From the NCBI GenBank assembly GCA_013239625.1, contig MU056134.1, positions 4,976,714-5,040,713 on the forward strand: DNA of 64,000 nt. The letters run 5' to 3'. This DNA comes from Lama guanicoe. Taxonomy: Eukaryota. The translations under genes and the position numbers were made by a program. Positions 60,001 through 64,000 of the stretch are shown in pieces. The stretch's first letter is position 1. Each line of letters begins with the position of its first letter. Under the pieces are notes generated by a model, which searched no databases, was not told the origin of the DNA, and saw nothing but the letters and a program-made list of their open reading frames with translations.

Positions 60001-61569
60001 TGATCTGCAGGCTCAGCTGCAGGCCCAGGAAGAACAGCATCAGGAAGCCCAGAAGGCAAAGGAAGCGGACATAGAGAAGCTGAACCAGGCCTTGTGCTTG
60101 CGCTACAAGGTGAAGGAGGGGCCTGGAAGTGAGGCGATGAAGAACTGGGGCAGCTATGCAGGCCCACTGGGAGCCGTTGTCTCTCCAGGAATCTGGGTGG
60201 TGGGGATTTTCCAACCATTGCCCTAGTTTTGTCCTTTCTGGGGTCAGACATTTCACATGTTAGGGAATCAGCTACAGGCTGATCGATCTCCTAGGCTGAC
60301 CTAGAAGTCAGGAACTCCCGCAGAACTCTCAACACTGAAATGTGCCAGGCCTGACATAGCCCTAGCGGAAGAACTGGAGTGTCATCAAGTGGTATCCCCT
60401 GGGCAGAGCATGGGTCAGACACTAAATCCTGTCTTCTGGCAAGGGCTGCAAAGAAACCAGCTTTTCTGCTGCCTTCTTACCTCCCTTTCCCTCACAGAAT
60501 GAAAAGGAGCTCCAGGAAGTGATACAGCAGCAGAACGAGAAGATCCTAGAGCAGATAGACAAGAGTGGCGAGCTCATAGTATGTGCATCATGATGCCCAG
60601 CATTCACCTTCTATGTCACTAGTAGCCAGAATCCCAGATGTGGGAATTGGGTCCTCTGGTCTACCCTTATTCAGCATATGGGATAAGGATAGAGAGGACC
60701 TCTGAGGGCTGTTGGATACCTCTCCATTCTCATCCCCAGAGCCTTAGAGAAGAGGTGACCCAGCTCACCCGCTCACTTCGGCGTGCTGAGACAGAGACTA
60801 AGGTGCTTCAAGAGACACTGGCAGGCCAGCTGAACCCTGACTGTCAGCCCATGGCGACTAACTGGATCCAGGAGAAAGTGTGGCTCTCCCAGGAGGTGAC
60901 TCAGAGTTAACAGAAGAGCTGGGCAGCTAGAGGGAACCCCATGCTATGCCCCTACTGATCTGGACATATCTATAGGTGGACAAGCTGAGGGTAATGTTCC
61001 TGGAGATGAAAAATGAGAAGGCAAAACTGATGGTCAAGTTCCAGAGCCATGTAAGAATTTCCATGCCATTCCAGGGCCATTTCCCGTCACCACTAGCAAG
61101 TGCCCTGCCATATTTTCCTTCCCCCACAAGCTATGTTCTTTTAAGTATAGCACTTATGCACCCTATTTGCTTCTTAGAGAAACATCCTGGAAGAGAATCT
61201 GCGGCGCTCTGACAAAGAGTTAAAGAAACTAGATGACATTGTTCAGCATATTTATGAGGTAAAGGGGAGGGAAGGAGTTGATGCAACTAAGGCTCTTGGT
61301 ATAGGCCTGGCCTCAGAGGTACTGATGAGCAAAGCTCTGGTTCCCAGCCTGTGCTGACAGCTGGCCCTGACTCACTGTTGCAGGCTTCTCTGTGGCTTCC
61401 ATTTTCTCCCCTCTAACTCGGTGGGTGCTTCTAAGGGCTGGGAGCCTTGGGCCTTCGTCCTGTGACCCTGAGCTGCCTTTTCTGTATCTCTCCCCAGACT
61501 CTGCTGTCCATCCCAGAGGTCGTGAGGGGTTGCAAGGAGCTACAGGGATTGCTGGAATTTCTGAGCTAA
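47830..61569 (+). CDS. SPAG5: Sperm-associated antigen 5 / Astrin, 24 exons, 1196 aa. Exons: 47830-47880, 48150-48278, 50450-51540, 51643-51817, 55255-55329, 55594-55686, 55779-55913, 56127-56246, 56367-56459, 56561-56674, 57040-57133, 57298-57445, 57525-57627, 57808-57941, 58153-58291, 59135-59246, 59414-59500, 59762-59882, 59998-60109, 60498-60578, 60740-60895, 60976-61050, 61178-61258, 61498-61569
   Basis: Starts MWRVKKLNLILSPSPQPGKPAMRTPLREL. Contains WMSPLAWLEKGVNTSVMLENLRQSL, coiled-coil exons, the PP1-binding RVMF (60988-60999) and ends CKELQGLLEFLS*. Spliced ORF of 3591 nt closes in frame. Confidence 0.96.
48740..49620 (-). mobile_element. Old L1ME-type remnant, SPAG5 intron 2
   Basis: T-rich antisense L1-like text (aaacaatgctaacataaatatctttgta...aattttgccaga). 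Approximate. Confidence 0.45.
50450..51540 (+). CDS. SPAG5: SPAG5 large exon 3 (1091 nt, acidic/disordered N-terminal region)
   Basis: Matches ORF 50411..51544. Acceptor tttgcag|GAA and donor GG|gtaag. Confidence 0.95.
52730..52880 (-). mobile_element. Laurasiatherian L1 3' end fragment
   Basis: tttttatcgaagtatagttgatgtacaatgttatataagttacagatgtacag...aaaatattggctgtattctccgtgttgtacaatatatccttgt. Confidence 0.7.
57134..57152. repeat. (GT)n microsatellite forming the SPAG5 exon 11 donor
   Basis: CAG|gtgtgtgtgtgtgtgtgtg. Confidence 0.85.
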
Positions 61570-61672
61570 GATACTGAAGGCTGGAATCTGTGTCACCGAT
61601 TTTACCTGCAGTACTCCTTTACCCCAACACTAGACCAATTGGCATAGAGCCAGCTATGTTTAATGCTATTTA

Positions 61673-61678
61673 AATAAA
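61673..61678 (+). terminator. SPAG5 polyadenylation signal AATAAA
   Basis: About 100 nt after the stop codon, followed by a GT/T-rich downstream element. Confidence 0.8.
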
Positions 61679-62259
61679 GTATATTTCGTGTATTTCTTCA
61701 AGCTCACTGAATCTTATTTCATGGATGGGAGGTAGGTGAATGAAGTCTGGAGAGAGGCAGCTTGGCCCTCCTGCCTGGTTACTCCACACACACCCCTCCC
61801 ACTGCATCCAGAGCCAAAGCCAGCTGCTCCACCTCCACCTTTTCTTGCTTCCCCAAATACTCGGCACTGGACTGCTTGTTCCCTGGCTCACAGCCTAGTG
61901 GGGAACAGACAAGGCTTCATTCTTTTACCTTCTCCATCCCCCTCCGGGGTAGGCCCTGGTGAATAAGTGGGTGAGGACAGAGAAACAGTTCCTTACTCAG
62001 TACCCTGTCTTGGACTCCCCACCCTGTTGGTGCCTCTGTCCCAACTATCCCATCCTTGGTGATTGTTTAGGTGCCTCTCCTTCACCAGACCAGGCTTCAT
62101 CCCCAACATCCAGCACAGTGCCCTGCACAAGGTAAAGGCAACTGTGGCAGAAATGAGGGCAAGGCCATTTCCTGCCCAGGGGACCCTGATGGCAGGGCTC
62201 CACGAGCTGAGAGCTGCGAGGGGGACAGTTCACAACAACCTCCGAGATTCTGGCAGCCT

Positions 62260-62490
62260 AGTCACTCCACCTCGTCGCTCCGCCCCATGGGCGTGGCCGT
62301 ACAGCCGACTCCAGTCCTGCGGAGGGGGCGTGGCCAGGGCCGGGACGTGCCGGCCCCGCCCACCGGGGAGTCACGTAGCTCTGCGGCATCCGCAGCCTCA
62401 TTTAGAGGAGCCAGGGTTGGGTCCGCAGCAGCTTTCGTTCCTGAGCTGGAGCTGTTCCTGTGGCTGCCGCAGCTAACTCGCTGCGCACAG
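62260..62490 (+). promoter_or_regulatory. ALDOC: ALDOC GC-rich promoter and non-coding exon 1 (donor CAG|GTGAG after 62490)
   Basis: Two GGGCGTGG (Sp/KLF) motifs, ACGTG at 62345-62349, CACGTA at 62372-62377 and a strong donor at 62491. ALDOC has a non-coding first exon. Confidence 0.75.
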
Positions 62491-62778
62491 GTGAGACACA
62501 GGGAGAAGAGGGAGCTGCTCAACCTTGCTGCTTCCTCTCCCTGACTCTTCTCTCTGTCATCCTTGCCTTGCTCCCGGGGGCCCCTTGATGTGCCTTCTCA
62601 GCTCTCTCCTTATCTTCTCTCTCCTTTCTGTCCACTGGAAACCCCATGGCTCAGCCTCTCCCACGGCACTTCTTCCTCTTAGCGCCCACGCCTGGACCTC
62701 AGCTTTTCCAATCCCAACTCTTCCTCTGTTTACCGGGTTTTTCCTTGGGGTCAGCCTCTCCCACCTAGACCATTTTAA

Positions 62779-62882
62779 AATTAATTAATTAATTAATTTT
62801 AAAATGGAGGTCCTGGGGATTAAACCCAGGACCTCGTGCATGCGTATGCTCTACCACTGAGCTATACCCACCCCCACTATCC
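62779..62882 (-). mobile_element. Vic-1-like SINE in ALDOC intron 1, 12-bp TSD AGACCATTTTAA (62767-62778, 62883-62894)
   Basis: ggggattaaacccaggacctcgtgcatg...ctctaccactgagctatacc with an exact flanking duplication. Confidence 0.8.
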
Positions 62883-63709
62883 AGACCATTTTAATTTCAG
62901 CCTCCTCCCTCTCCTAGGCTGAGTTGCCTCTCCAATTCTCCTGCCTTCTTGATCCTCCTAGTCTAGGTCCTTTACCCAGGCTATTTAGCCTGTCTCCCTG
63001 TCACCTCCCCACTAGGCTTCTCCCTCCTCCTGCATCTCTCCCTCCTTTCCTCAGGCTCTCTCCTCAATCCTTTCAACTGTGATTCTCTGCTCTCATCTGC
63101 TGATTGCCTAGGCAGTCAGGTTTGGGCTATAGAAGAAGAGGTTATGGGAGCCTGTGGCCATTTTTTGTGACATTCCTACTCCCTACCTGTCCCTCCTCCC
63201 ACTCTTTTCCTCCAGAAGCGGAAGGAAGAGGGAGTAATGGGTGCTTTTGCTTCATTCTGAAGCCTTGGAAGTAAGTGCACTATTCCTCAGAGCCCTGCTG
63301 AGAATGAGGAGGGAAGTTGGAAAGACCAGGGCTTATGTCTACCTGAAGAAAGGGCCAAATTCAGTCAAAGAAGGATTGGCATCTTTGTCTGGGCAATAGT
63401 TTCTTAAGAAGACCTGTAGCTTCGGGGCTGCTCACCTCCCCACCCCCACCCTGGGGCTGGGAAGGGTGCCCACCAGGGACAAAAGGAGGTGTGGGAACTG
63501 GGGCCCTAAGCCTGTTAGCTGTCAGAGGGATTGTGGTGCCTCTTCAAGGCCCAGGACCCCTGCCAAGGACTGATGCTCTGTTCCCAGCTCCTGCTTGTTG
63601 GGGAGAAAGAAAAGGTCGTTTGGCCCATATGGACAAGAGAGGAAGCAGAGGAGGTGATGGGTGGGGGTCCAGCTTTTATGTCTTGTTTCCATTCCACAGG
63701 GCTGTCACC

Positions 63710-64000
63710 ATGCCCAACTCGTACCCAGCCCTTTCTGCTGAGCAAAAAAAGGAGTTGTCTGACATTGCCCTCCGGATTGTAGCCCCAGGCAAAGGCATTC
63801 TGGCCGCAGATGAATCTGTAGGTAGGTGGGGGCCTGTGGTTAGGTGAGGGTAGAGGTGGCCAGGGAGTCCTGGGGATGACCTTGACACCCTACTTTGTTT
63901 GCCCCCAGGCAGCATGGCCAAGCGGCTGAGCCAAATTGGGGTGGAGAACACTGAGGAGAACCGCCGGTTGTACCGCCAGGTCTTATTCAGTGCTGATGAC
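63710..64000 (+). CDS. ALDOC: Fructose-bisphosphate aldolase C, 5' part (coding 63710-63821, 63909->64000; truncated by window end)
   Basis: [37 protein letters not shown]|[31 protein letters not shown], a C-isoform-type N-terminus. Syntenic downstream of SPAG5. Confidence 0.96.

Overview
Mammalian genomic DNA, most likely camelid (inferred from recurrent tRNA-derived Vic-1-type SINEs). It is syntenic with the human 17q11.2 cluster. Five intact protein-coding genes lie in tandem on the + strand: SDF2 (3 exons, 211 aa), BLTP2/KIAA0100 (39 exons, about 2232 aa, exon 19 hidden in an N-run), RSKR/SGK494 (12 exons, 405 aa AGC-like kinase), SPAG5/Astrin (24 exons, 1196 aa) and the 5' part of ALDOC, which runs off the window. 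A CpG-island bidirectional promoter near 3.1-3.8 kb probably drives SUPT6H on the - strand; only its inferred non-coding first exon is in the window. Introns and spacers hold L1, L2, MIR, MLT1, MER33 and young SINEs with target-site duplications. I reconstructed all exon junctions by hand, and the reading frames close. Comparisons to human proteins are from memory. I found no novel multi-gene system. The best leads are smaller: a PIF-like acidic hydrophobic motif in RSKR, a reconstituted 5' splice site at SPAG5 exon 5, a GC-AG intron in BLTP2, a CpG-decayed copy of a promoter segment, uORFs in the SPAG5 leader, a candidate ARE-containing enhancer and signs of a divergent spliced lncRNA.
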